From Callorhinchus milii (Eukaryota), in NCBI RefSeq assembly GCF_018977255.1, contig NW_024704746.1, positions 33,666,001 to 33,730,000 of the forward strand: a stretch of 64,000 bases of DNA. Reading direction: 5' to 3'. Shown one piece after another: positions 1-21,099 of the stretch. Numbering within the stretch: position 1 is the stretch's first letter; each line of letters opens with the position of its first letter. The translations under genes and the position numbers were made by a program. The notes under the pieces were generated by a model. The model had not been told where the DNA came from. It made no database searches and worked only from the letters and a program-made list of their open reading frames with translations.

Positions 1-175
1 AATAATAAATTGGTTATTTTCAATCTACGACTGTTTGTGGGACACTGCTGTGCGCAATTGTCTGCCACATTTCGCCCACAAATATACAGTCATTTCACTT
101 TTCAGCATATTCTGTGAAGCGCTTTGAGATGTCTAGAAGACGTGAAAAGCGCTATATCAATTATTATCATTATTA
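1..175 (+). mobile_element. SINE 3' half (L2-type tail)
   Basis: gactgtttgtgggacactgctgtgcgcaattg...tgaagcgctttgagatgtctagaagacgtgaaaagcgctatatcaa(tta)n, matching the fuller copies at 35590 and 47690. Confidence 0.75.
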
Positions 176-1084
176 ACATGGAACCTCAGCTCACAAGTTT
201 GTGACTCAAAGGCAAGAATGCTATCAATTGAACTAGACTGACCTCCCAAACGACAGCAAAAACAGTTTTGTTTTCTGAAATTTCAGTCTTCAAAGCAAAA
301 TACAATTCCAATTTCCGTTTTGTGGATTCTACATTTCAATCCCAGTGATATCACCACAAAAATAAATGGATCAACAGTGAGAAGAAAATGGTTAATAATA
401 GATATGAATAAATATGAAAAAAGCACCAAAAAGGAATTCAAAATTTAAAACTACAATGTCAAGTAACCTGAACATATTGTACTATCAGGGGATAATTTGC
501 AGTAAGTTGTTATAGTAATTAACAATACATTTCTAGTTTCCTGGGGGCAAAATTCAAGTGCATGCCACTAAAACTACTGCACCTTGGTTTCACAATGGTT
601 AAGATAGTAGTACGCCTAGTCAGAGAATCCATCATTTGCTTCAATCTGATGCTGTGTTGGGAAGAAAGGGCAAATGTGTCCAGCATTTCAAAAATCTTCT
701 GTGTTATTTCTGATTCCACAAATACTTTGCAATGATTTTCAGCAAAGGTTTCTTGAAAAGAAAATTCAAGAGACTGTTCATTATCTGAAAGAGAGAAAGT
801 TTCTGAACATAGATCATTTTGAACATTAATATGGATTTTAATAAGAATGCTTTTTCAAACTTTGCATGTCTGGCTGAATTGTAGGAAAACCCTCTGCATT
901 CTCTGAACAATATACACCCATATTTCTGACCTAAAATACATATGAAGAAAGGTGCATAGCAATTAGTCAGGAGGTGCGAACTTGTGCTGCATGATCTACA
1001 ACATAACAACAACAAAATTACATTTGTAAAACGCCTTTCACGTGGGGAGGACGTCTCAAGACGCTGAAGAGTCTGGGATCAGGA

Positions 1085-3240
1085 CCCATAAGACCATAAG
1101 ATGTAGGAGCAGGAGTCGGCCATTCGGGCCCTCGAGCCTGCCCCGCCATTTAATAAGATCATGGCTGATTTTCTAACCTAGTTCCATTTACCCGCCCTAT
1201 CCCCATATCCCTTAATTCTTCTATCCTTCAGAAATCTATCAACCTCAGTCTTGAATATGTTCAAGGACTGAGCATCCACAGCCTTCTGGGATAGAGAATT
1301 CCACAAATTCACTACCCTCTGAGTGAAGAAATGTTTCCTCAACTCAGTTCGAAAAGGCTGATCCTTAATCTTGAGAATATGGGCCCTAGTTTTAGATTCT
1401 CTAACCAGGGAAAACAGTTTCACAGCACCTATCCTGTCAAGACCCTTAAGAATCTTATAGGTTTCTATAAGATCACCTCTAATTCTTCTATATTCTACGG
1501 GAATATAGGCCTAGTTTACTCAACCTATTCTCATAGGTCAACCCCCTCATCCCAGGAACCAACCCAGTGAATCTACTCTGCACCCCCTCTAAGGCGAGTA
1601 TGTCCTTTCTTAAATAAGGAGACCAAAACTGCACACAATATTCTAGTTACGGTCTCACCAAGGCCTTATACAACTGCAGCAAGACATCCCTACTCTTGTA
1701 CTCTAACCCTTTTGCAACAAACGCCAACATGGCATTAGCCTTCCTAGTTGCTTGCTGTACCTGCATACTAACTTTTTGTGACGTGTACAAGGACATCCAA
1801 ATCCCTCTGAACATTAACACTACCTAGTCTCTGCCCCTCTAGAAAATAATCCGCTTTTCTATTTTTACTACGTAGGTGAATAACTTCACACTTCCCCACG
1901 TTATACTCCATCTGCCACCTTCTTGCCCACTCACCTAGCCTGTCTATTTCCCTTCGCATTCTTCATGTGTCATCCTCACAGCTTACTCTCCCACCTATCT
2001 TCATATCATCCGCGAATTTAGATATATTAAGTTCTATTCCCTCATCTAAATCACTGATATAGACTGTAAATAATTGAGGCCCAAACACTGATCCTTGTGG
2101 CACTCCACTAGTCACATCCTGCCAATCTGAGAAGGACCCATTTATCCAATGCCGGATTACGTTTAACTGTAGCTGTAACCCTTCCTCCCCTCAATAATTT
2201 AAAGCTCTGCCTATCTTCCTATTTAATCGTTTTGCCAGGACATTGGTCCCAGCCTGGTTAAGGTGTAGCCCTTCTCGATGGAACAGCTCCTTTTCCCCCC
2301 AATACTAGTGCCAGTGGCCCATAAAAAGAAAACCCTGCATCCCGCATCACTCTTTCAGTCATGCGTTTAACTCTTTAATTTGTTTGTCCCTGTACCAATT
2401 TGAACATGACTCAGGTAATAATCTGGAGATGATCACCTTGGAATTTCTTCCTTTTAATTTAATTCCCAGTTAATTGAACTCACTCCTCAGGGTGTCACTA
2501 CTAGTCCTACCTATATTGTTGGTTCCTATGTGGATCACCACAATTGGATCATCCCCTTCCTGCTTCAAATTCTTCTCCAGCCCTGAAGCCGTCCTTAACC
2601 CTGGCGCCAGGAAGGCAACAGAGCCTTCATGACTCCTGGTTGCGGCTGCAAAGAGTGTCTGTCCACCTGACTGTCTCGTCCCCGATCACAACTATATTCC
2701 GTTTTGCTCCCCCCACTTGTGTGGCCTCCTGTATAGAGGTGCTGGGGTCAGGTTGCCCATCCTCCTCCTTACAGACTTCCTTGTCCACACAGGTTGCAAG
2801 TACCCCGTACCTGTTGGACAAGGTTAAGTCCTGAGGCTTCTCCACCACACTCTATACATTTATTGAGCCTCAGGAGAGTGATTGTCTCCTGGATGAAACT
2901 AACCAGGAAGCATTCACCTTCCCTAATGCTGCGCAATGTCTGCACCTCGGATTCCAGCTCAACTACTCTTAAGCTGGAGCTTTCTCAGTTGCAGACACTT
3001 GCTGCAGATGTAGCCACCCGGGCTCAGACTGCCCTTCATCAACTCCCACATACTGGAGTCATCGCACAACACCGGCCATGCCATTCTCTTCTCTCGCTCT
3101 CACTCCGGATTATGGTTTTTATTTAAGTTTTTTTAAAGTTTTTTATTCTGGTTCTGTCTTTTGAGTGTGACGTCACGTTGGTGTCATTTTTCTGCAGATG
3201 CTCCGCCCTCCGGATCAGCAACTGCTTACCTCGGCGAGGC
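1085..3240 (-). mobile_element. CR1-clade LINE, internally deleted (ORF1 remnant joined to the RT C-terminus and 3' UTR)
   Basis: ORF 1178-1423 (FRTELRKHFFTQRVVNLWNSL) and ORF 1768-1959 (WARRWQMEYNVGKCEVIHL) are typical CR1 ORF2 C-terminus; ORF 2627-2848 (LTLSNRYGVL...VVIGD) resembles the CR1 ORF1 esterase; a catAAGAc-type tail repeat lies near 1087-1100. Confidence 0.85.
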
Positions 3241-3289
3241 TTTATACACTCCACCAAGCCTCGGCTCCTCCCCGCGTTGTCCTGGCACC

Positions 3290-3985
3290 GCCCTCCGAAT
3301 CAAGCATGGTGGGGGCAGGGTTGAGAGGAGGGAGGGCAGAGAGGTAGGGAAGGGCAGCTGAAGGCACAGTAGAAAAATAGGGTCTTGAATTGTGCCTTGA
3401 AGGAGGAAAGGGAGGCGAAGGGATTGTGGGATGGCGTTCCAAAGAGTGGGGGCAGAGAGGCTGAAAGCCCGGCTGCCGATGGTAGGACGAGTTGGGCAGG
3501 AGACATGGCCCAGGCCAGAGCCTGCTGAACAAAGGGAGCGGATAGGTTAATAGGGGGTTAGCAGGTCAGAGATGTAGGAGGAGGCAAGGCCATTGAGAGC
3601 CTTGAAAGTGAGGACGAGGATTTTGAATTCTATTCTCAGGGATGGGGAGCCAGTGGAGCTGGTCGAGGGTGGGGTTGATGGGGTCACGGAGCCTGGCGCA
3701 GGAGTGGACACGAGCTTCAGAGTTCTGGATTATTGTTATATATCTGCAGTTTGTGGAGGGAAGAGTTGGGTAGGCCGACAAGGAGGGAGTTTCCATAGTT
3801 GAGCCTTAAGGTGACAAATGCGTGTATGAGGTTTTGGCGGCCCGAGGGGTGAGGCAGTGGCGGAGTCGGGCAATGTTGCAGAGGTGGGGGAAGGCAGGGT
3901 GGGTCATGGCACAGATATGGGGAGAAAGGACAGTTGAGAGTCGAACAAGACGCCCAGATTCCTGACCTGCTTGGTGAGGTGGAAT
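3290..3985 (-). mobile_element. L2-clade LINE 3' fragment
   Basis: Translations LIHAFVTLRLNYGNSLLVGLP and INPTLDQLHWLPI are typical L2 RT C-terminal motifs. Confidence 0.85.
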
Positions 3986-4399
3986 TACTTTTAAAGTAAT
4001 TCCTTGATATTACAGACTTCATTTAGAATGGGAAAAACATTATTCGCCAAATAATCTTTTTCCTCTTGATGATCCTCAGGTGTTGAACAGATATATGGCT
4101 TAATGGCTGATTTGTGGAAGAGATTAAAGAAGCGCTGACATTTTCCGCTTTCTGGTACCTCGGGATTGATTTCCCAGCATTATGGGATGGATTCTGAAAG
4201 TTTATTCACCGAGAGCGTTGTTGAAAATATTAAAATGGTTTGTCAAGTCTTTGGACAAAAGGATAGGGGCCAGTTTGACTTGCTTTCGGGTGTTGTAGAA
4301 AGGTGATTCGTATCGGTCATCTTTTAAATTAGTTTGAGCCCCTCACGCTTGCTTTACAGCAAGAGAGAGTAACAATCCTCGGATTTGATGTAGCAGCCT

Positions 4400-4570
4400 T
4401 AAATATACAGTCAATTCACTTTACAGTGCGTTCTGTGAAGCGCTTTGGGACGTCCTCCCGACGTGAAAAGCGCTATATCAAATGCAAGGATTAATTATTA
4501 TTATTATTATTATCGTGTCTTTGAGACGTCTCAAAGCGCTTCGCGGGATATACCGTGAAGTCAATCGACC
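4400..4570. mobile_element. Two SINE 3' tails in tail-to-tail inverted orientation
   Basis: + tail (tgtgaagcgctttgggacgtc...gcgctatatcaaatgcaagga) and - tail (gagacgtctcaaagcgcttcgcggg) meet at an (att)n tract. Confidence 0.65.
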
Positions 4571-4714
4571 GCAATCCTTTGCGGGCGAAGGAAGTGAGAG
4601 GTTTGAGCCACTGGTCCGCGTTCTCAGTGAAGCTGACCGTGCCCGGCCCAACGGCTGAGGGTGGCCAGAGGAGGCCTTGCGCTGCCTCCTGAAAGCAGCC
4701 ACTGGGGCGACCCG

Positions 4715-4728
4715 GTTTCCATAGCAAC
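4715..4728. promoter_or_regulatory. RFX X-box (GTTTCCATAGCAAC)
   Basis: Matches the palindromic RFX X-box consensus, on the TTC41 side of the promoter. Confidence 0.65.
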
Positions 4729-4965
4729 CGGCCTCCGGGGCTCCTCTGCCCGGACGTGAACTGAAACGACGTCCGGAAAAAGCCCGGAAGTAAAGGAAAG
4801 CGTTAAAAACAAAGGGGGACTCTCCCCGCCCCCCATCACGACCGACGAGGAAGTCCGCGCGCGCAAAAGCAAAAGATAATTAATACAAGTGAACGTCAAC
4901 TCAATCTCAATTAAAATGAATATGGATCCTTTGTACCCCCCACCCGGCCCCGGCTTCGGCCTCGA

Positions 4966-5088
4966 CCAATCAGCGACAGCCACGCTCCAGACGTAACGTT
5001 CAGTACATGGAAGGCGACGATTGGTTGAGCGCGCTCCAGGTCCGCGCCTGTGATTGGCCGCTGTGTTTGCGTGGTGGCCTCTGATTGG
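4966..5088. promoter_or_regulatory. ER-stress response elements (ERSE, CCAAT-N9-CCACG)
   Basis: Perfect ERSE on + at 4966-4984 (ccaat cagcgacag ccacg); perfect ERSE on - at 5070-5088 (cgtgg tggcctctg attgg); near-perfect on - at 5006-5024 (catgg-N9-attgg). ERSEs are the ATF6/NF-Y sites of GRP94 promoters. Confidence 0.9.
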
Positions 5089-5306
5089 CTGTCTCTTCCC
5101 CTCCGCTTCCAGCCCCCCCCCTCACCTTTATTGAAGCTGCGAGAGAAGCGCGAGCGGCGGAGACAGAGGGGTATCGCGCGTGTCTCTAATCACACACACA
5201 CACGGAGCAACTCGAGGGGGGTAACTGGGACGCCAGAGAGGCTCAGCTGCACAGCGAGACCAGGAGCACCCGAGACCAGACTCGTAGTCAGAGGCCTCCG
5301 ACCGAC

Positions 5307-14713
<9,407 letters not shown>

Positions 14714-14880
14714 CATAATGAGACGCCAAACCACTGCATGGAATGTAGAAGGATGAACGATTCACACAAAAGGTCTGGGGAGGCCAAAGGAGTTTTGTAC
14801 TTTATATTCCTTGTGGAAGTGAAATGCCTGTAAATTTGTAATATTGAAAATGACAATTTCTTGTGAAACATGTGAACCAT

Positions 14881-14949
14881 AATAAACCTTTTCCACAAAG
14901 TCTTGGCTCCATTTCGGATTTAAAAATGTTCCAATTTCAATTTAATAAA
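14881..14949 (+). terminator. Candidate polyadenylation signals for HSP90B1
   Basis: AATAAA at 14881 and 14944, downstream of the stop codon. Confidence 0.55.
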
Positions 14950-16085
14950 ACTTATGAAACATTTTCTTTAATGTACTAGTGTTGTACATTTTGGCCCTAA
15001 ATCGTATGGGGTGTTGCACAGAAGTTTTTCTGATTTAGGTTGGACCTAATTAGACTTAATCAACAGATTCCCTCCAAACTCTGTTGCCAAGCAATTTGGT
15101 GTCATTATCCCAGGACATTGGTTGTTAAGCAGTGATGTTGATGGGTAATAAAGTTGAAAGGCTCATAATACTGGGAGAAGACTTATTGGTGGATATAGCA
15201 GAATAGGTTTGATATGGAAAAACTTAAATGGCCAATATAATTCAAGTCTTCTGGATCAGCAAAGGGAGTTACAGTAATGAAGTAAAAGTATCTAGGATCC
15301 AACAAACAAATAATGAACAACTGAATGTTTTAATGTATACAACCAGGCCAAGAAAAGTAGATTTTGTTGAATGTTAGTTATTTTGAAGTGTTTGGGAGGC
15401 TCCATAGAAAAGATCTTAGTGGGAACACTGTTCAAAATATCAGAAAATTATTATGTTATTTGAAAGATTCAGGGAACTAGGTATCCCACTTCAGCTCAGT
15501 GTTGTTGTACCAGCCCCAGTTGTGGATTCACTGCAGAAGCAAATCCATTGTTGTCATGCTTTGAAACATTTAGATGTGCAGTATTTACCTTTATTAAAAA
15601 TTGTTACTACACTTTTCCAAATATTGTGACTTAGATTTACAAAACCTTAATAAAAAAATTCTTAAGATTTGAATATATGTGGTTAGTTTATATATTTCAG
15701 TCTTAGTTGATAGAGAAGCTTTTCAGCCATTTGCCACATGGAAATATAGACACTTCAGCTGCAATCATAGGCTGGCTAGCTTTTCCAAAACTGTTTATAC
15801 ACATGAATGAATAAGACCACTTTCACTCATCTTTCCCCTCTTCACTACTATTTCATGTGCCAATCCATGATTAAGTACCCTAAGGGCAGCCTCCTGCCAC
15901 AAAAGGTACTACGTAAATGTAAAGTTGTAACTGAGTATAATGTGCTAAACAGTTCATTTCAATTTTAAAATAGATGTAGCCATCTAGCCTCGACATTTTT
16001 ATCAAATATTTTAAACAAATCCATAATTGTACAGTTACAATTTCTACAAGGCTTAGTTTATAACAAGTCTTGTGCTCAATGTTCT

Positions 16086-17444
16086 TCAGTGATTTTCAGA
16101 CTTTTGAGTTTCCTTCTGCTTCAGTCCAAGAAGTTCTGTTTTAAGTTCCCCTGGTTTAGGTGGAACTTCTGGTATCGTCTAAAAGAAACATTTGAAATCA
16201 CTAACGCAAGATTGGAAAATGTTTGAGGTTCTGTATTTTAATATTAATAATTTTAAGTTTGGAATAAAGCTGATTTGGGAAAACAGGCTAACTATTAGAA
16301 AAATCCTTCATTCAGTGTAACATCCTGGTTTATGGTAACTAGTTTCTATAATTAGTCACACTTGCTTTTTGGTAGTGGTAGAGACAGGAAAGTAGACACA
16401 GATCTTGAATGTGAGGTTTGAAGGGTAATTTGGTGTCAATCAGAAATCTGCATTGGCTCCATGAGTTGGAGTGAGCACCTGTGCAGATCCGTGTCTGAGG
16501 TGATGGGGAACTTTATTGATCACATGTGGACATTCCTTAGCATCTAGGAACTCCTACTAGAAACTTACGTCACTCATTATCATTTTAAACCCGTTTGAGC
16601 AACTAATGACTACAGTCATTTTCTCATTCCCAATCAGAACTTAGAGCAGTTTACAATATAGCAATAAGCATCAGGCAAAAGCAATCTACAATATAAAAGC
16701 ATCATTAAACATTGTTTAATAAATTTTAACTTTTAATGATTTGAACGAAAATACATTTAAACAGCCTTGTCTTAAAGGGAGAAGGAAATTGGATAAGACA
16801 TAAGAATAAAATCTGGTGATTTGAATTTGGGATTATTGATGTCTCAGTTGTACTGTACTATTGATGTCACCTGTTCTCTGCAAAAATTGAGGGTTCAAAA
16901 CAAAAGCATCTTGGACATCTTATGCACTTAATGTCTTGTTACAGAGCAGCATTGCCCAACACTTAAAAAAATTGTTGTAATGCTATGGTGCCAACAATGT
17001 GGAGAATGTCTCAAAACACTTCACTAAGTTTCTGTAATGGACATCTCCAACCGGTTGATCGTGATCAAATTAATATCTTGTTACTGAGCTGTAATACCCA
17101 TGGTGCAGCCATAAACTAAGAAAAATTCAATAAAGAAAAATGTATTTGGTTGGCTGACACTGTCCTAAACTATGAGCTCTAAGTCCCGAAGTAGGGCTTG
17201 GATTCACAACCTTCTCACCAAGAGGCAAGAGTACTGCCAGCTGAGCTAGGTGGGCAATCAGGTTGCATACCTCTTGGCCTGGGAATGGTGCACGAACGGA
17301 GATGAATTAAAATGTTAACAGTACAAACCAACTCACCAGATCTGGTCTATAGTATCGGTGTACGACTTCTGCTCCTGAAAGCATTGCTAGGATGCTGGCA
17401 CCAAACATCTTTAGGTAACGAGGCCAGCTTACTCCTGCTGGCAT
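16086..17444 (-). CDS. UQCC6: BRAWNIN / UQCC6 mitochondrial complex III assembly microprotein (66 aa)
   Basis: Coding exons 17444-17337 (MPAGVSWPRYLKMFGASILAMLSGAEVVHRYYRPDL, gt donor) and 16178-16086 (TIPEVPPKPGELKTELLGLKQKETQKSENH*). Matches the recalled C12orf73 sequence and its syntenic position between HSP90B1 and TDG. Confidence 0.95.
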
Positions 17445-18849
17445 CTTTCTATTTTGGATTTCCTATTAAGTATTTCCTTTGTCAGCTGTGAAACATAAAG
17501 ACTATTTTAAGTAACTCAAACATGAGCTGCCCTCCTCGCCGGTCTCCCCAGCTACACTATCCACAAGCTCGCAACAAATTCAGAACTCTGACGCCCATAC
17601 ACTCACCCGCTCTAAACTCCATACCCCCCCATCACACCATTCCTCATCAAGACTGGCTTCCCATCACAGAACAGTTCGACTTCAAGATCCTCACATCTAC
17701 AAATCCCTTCATACCCGAGCATCTCCATACCTTTCCTAACTGCTTACTCCCCACTCCACCACCCGCCTCCATGTTTCTGGGATACTGTCATGTCTAAATT
17801 GGCTGTCATGTTCACCTAGAGGCACAGTCACTACGCTTCACAGTAAAATCCTATGTACCATTTTGAGACAACTTGACTTGATAAGGTGCTATATACAATA
17901 AACAATCCTTGCATTTGACGTATTATTATGTTATTTTGACGTAAAAAAAACCTTCACAGGGTATACTGTAAGTCAATTGACAGTGTATTTTGTGGGCGAA
18001 ACAATTAACAAATTACATTTGTATAGTGCCTTTCACATCAGGACGACCCAATCACTGAACGGTCAGACACACCACCTACCATGCCAAATGGCAGCACACG
18101 CAGTGTGCATGGGAAAGTGTGCCCAGAATACTTCCTTTCCAGGTGAAGCAAAATGCAATTACGGGGAACCAAGGAGAGAGAGAATAAGAGAAGAGAAGTC
18201 TAGTTTAAAAGCTGAAGAAATTACATTAATTGAAACAATCACTGCAAAATCTTCATGCAGGCTTTTTTTTTTACGACCTGCAAATATGAAATGAACCCCA
18301 CACACCATATTTTGCAGTACCAACATGACATTTGTGTAACTCAAACAAACTTGTACTCAAAGGAAATGAGCATCCCTCTGCCATCTGCCATTCATAAGGG
18401 TTCCTACATGTAGTATCAATAATAGAACACAGATATCACAGATATTTAGTAGCTGCGATCAGCTACTAAAGATCCTTTGCAAGTTTCAAGGAGAATAAAT
18501 ATTTCCATCGTACGGCATCGTATCTGACCCAGGAAGGTGCCTTCAAATCAAGTGAACTTTTTAAAATCTACACCTACAGCCATAAGACACCAATTCAAAG
18601 TCTAAGTTATGAGTTGTCTTTGTCTAGTTAGTACATAAAGAGAAACTGTGCAATGAGTATCTTATCTGATCGGTTAGATTTTTTGGCACAAACACCTTCC
18701 ACATCTGTGCTTCCTCAGAGACTGTCTTCTCCCAAAGAACTGACAGCCTCTGTGTTGTTGTTTCCATGTATGACAGACACTCGACTGACCAAAAAAAAAC
18801 AATATTGGAGCCTTACAAGTCTTGGATTGTGGAATTCTTCAAAGAGGGT

Positions 18850-19390
18850 AGCCGAAGGCACAGTCTAAGAGGAGGGTCTTGAAGAGCGTCTTGAAGGAGG
18901 TAAGGGAGGGAGCGAGGCGAAGGGAATGTGGGATGAAATTCCAGAGGGTGGGGGCAGAGAGGCTGAAAGCCCGACCATCAGTGGTGGGGAGGGCCGGGAG
19001 TGGAACGTGAAGCAGACCTGCTGAGCGGACAGGTCGATATGGTGTTAGCAGGTCACAGAGGTAGAAAATGCAAGGTCATGGAGGGCTTTGAAGACGAGGA
19101 TGAGGATTTTGCACTCTATCCTCTGGGGGTTTGGAAGCCAGTGGAGTCGGGCGACGGTGGGGGTGATAGGATCATGGAGCCTGGTGTGGGAGAGGACACA
19201 AGTTGTAGAGTTCTGGATGATCTGCATCTTGTGGAGGGAAGAGTTGGGGAGGCCGACAAGCAGATTTGGCTTAGTTGAGCCTAAATATAACAAGAGCATG
19301 GATAAGGGTCTCAGCGGCCTGAGCCGGGCAATGCTGCGGAGGTGGGAGAAGGCAGAACGGGTCATGGCACGGGTCATTGCACACAGCATT
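18850..19390 (-). mobile_element. L2 LINE 3' fragment
   Basis: ORF 19045-19389: LLVGLPNSSLHKMQIIQNS...RLHWLP...KILILVFKALH. Confidence 0.85.
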
Positions 19391-20519
19391 TGCTAGGCTG
19401 AAATAAATATGCCAAAAATATAAATCTAGAGTAAATCTGGCAGGAAAGCACATCAAATTCTACATTTAGATTGCAGCGCGGCTACAGTATAAACCAGGTG
19501 GTTGTCATTAGCTTGTGACATGGGTCTACATTCCTAAATGCACTCAAATTAGCAAGATAACTGGGCCCTCCTGTTGCGTCCAAATCATTGGGGTTGAGCT
19601 GCAAGCCTACAGACCGGCAATGTAATGTGCAGCTCTTCCCAGAGATTGGTCCACAAGCCAACACCTCTATTAGTTTCCAAATTCCAATTCATGCTTTGCA
19701 TTCTGCCAACAAGGCGGCATTCCAGCACCAGTGGTTTTAGGGTACTGATTGCCAGGTCTGAGGTAACTAACTTACAAAGTAACAGCAGCATCATATAGTA
19801 GAAAAGGTCACTCTTGCTGCTCAAGGGGACATTTCAGCTGTGAGCAAATTTTAATGTTTTCCTACTTCTTAATGGTTCACTGGATAGATTAGGTCAACTT
19901 TAAGATCAGAATTTCAGGCCGTACCCAATAAAGCAATACTGAAGAAGATCAATATCTAAAACAAACCAGTGACAAATAAGCACAGTATTCTGCCTGTGGT
20001 TTGTAATTAAAGAAGGCACTACTTGGCAGTGAACAGTGAATAGCTTCTTTTATGGACGCACGTGTGCCAACAGAAGAGGGCAGCAGCACCGCAGCACTGA
20101 ACAACAATAACACGGTTTGCATTAAGCCACTTACACTGTAATTTAAAATTAAGAAAAAAATCTGTTTCTTCAGTAAAAACAAAATGCTCCAGCATTGCAA
20201 TCTGAAACCGTTTCAATTTCTGTAAATATAAATAACCTATAAACGGATAAAACAAACCACAAGAACACTTTATTGGCCATCGTTCAGCAGGACTTTTTTT
20301 CGTCCCAAGTAACAACAAATTAAATCTACACCCTCACCCCCTTTTCTGTAAATATTAGTAAAGAAACCCGAATTTTCTCTTACTTCACTATGACTCCACA
20401 GTGGTCTTATCCCTCCTTTAACTATCCTCTTGCTTCTAATGTACTGCTACAATCCTTTGCTATTAGCCTTTGCGTCGACATGCTGTTATCTTCCCATAGT
20501 TCAAATGCATTTGGTCGGA

Positions 20520-20900
20520 TACAAAAGGCATCTTTGAGTGGAGAGCAGCGGTGGAGCCAGGTGAGGATGCGGAGCTGGGGGAAGGCAGAATGGGTCATGA
20601 CACGGACGCGGTGTAGAAAGGACAACTGAGGGTCAAACAAGACGCCAAGGTTCTGGACTGGCTCAGTCATGTGGAGCGTGCGCCCACGCACGGGCGATGC
20701 TGTCAGCCACCGAGGTGCGGAGGCGCTGACGGGCGCCGGGGGGGCCTCGGTCTTGTCGACGTTCGACGGCGGAAGGTTAGCTCTCGTCCAGGACTTCACG
20801 TCCGACAGACATTCGGACGGGACAGAAGTGGCGCTGGAGCGGAGGGTGGGGGCAGGAAGGTGGGAGTTGGGAGTCATCCGCGGACGCGCGGGTGCTGACC
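20520..20900 (-). mobile_element. L2 LINE fragment, unusually CpG-rich
   Basis: ORF 20422-21117 contains CLSDVKSW...NVDKTE...VQNLGVLFDPQLSF. Confidence 0.75.
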
Positions 20901-21099
20901 CCACGTTTGCTGACCACATCACCCGAGGGAGCCAAGAGGGCAGCAATGTCCCATAAAGCAGCTTATGGAGTGAGTGACCCAATTTTATTTGGGGGGAGGG
21001 GGGGGGGGAGGGGGGAATTCTTGACCGGGTGCACCAAGAAGAAGACTCCCCCTTCTCTTTTCGAAGCACGGCACGGGATGGGGGGTGGGGGTGGGGTGG

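Larger units (their letters stand above)
620..4320 (-). pseudogene. TTC41: TTC41 (tetratricopeptide repeat protein 41 / GNN) remnant, apparently disrupted
   Basis: Minus-strand translations resemble the recalled TTC41 N-terminus: ~4119-3995 FHKSAIKPYICSTPEDHQEEKDYLANNVFPILNEVC; ~960-920 APFFICILGQKYG; ~784-625 (after a tttcag acceptor) DNEQSLEFSFQETFAENHCKVFVESEITQKIFEMLDTFA. In-frame stops at 4245-4243 and 4182-4180, a frameshift near 3998, and L2+CR1 sequence in between. Head-to-head with HSP90B1, as in mammals. Confidence 0.7.
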
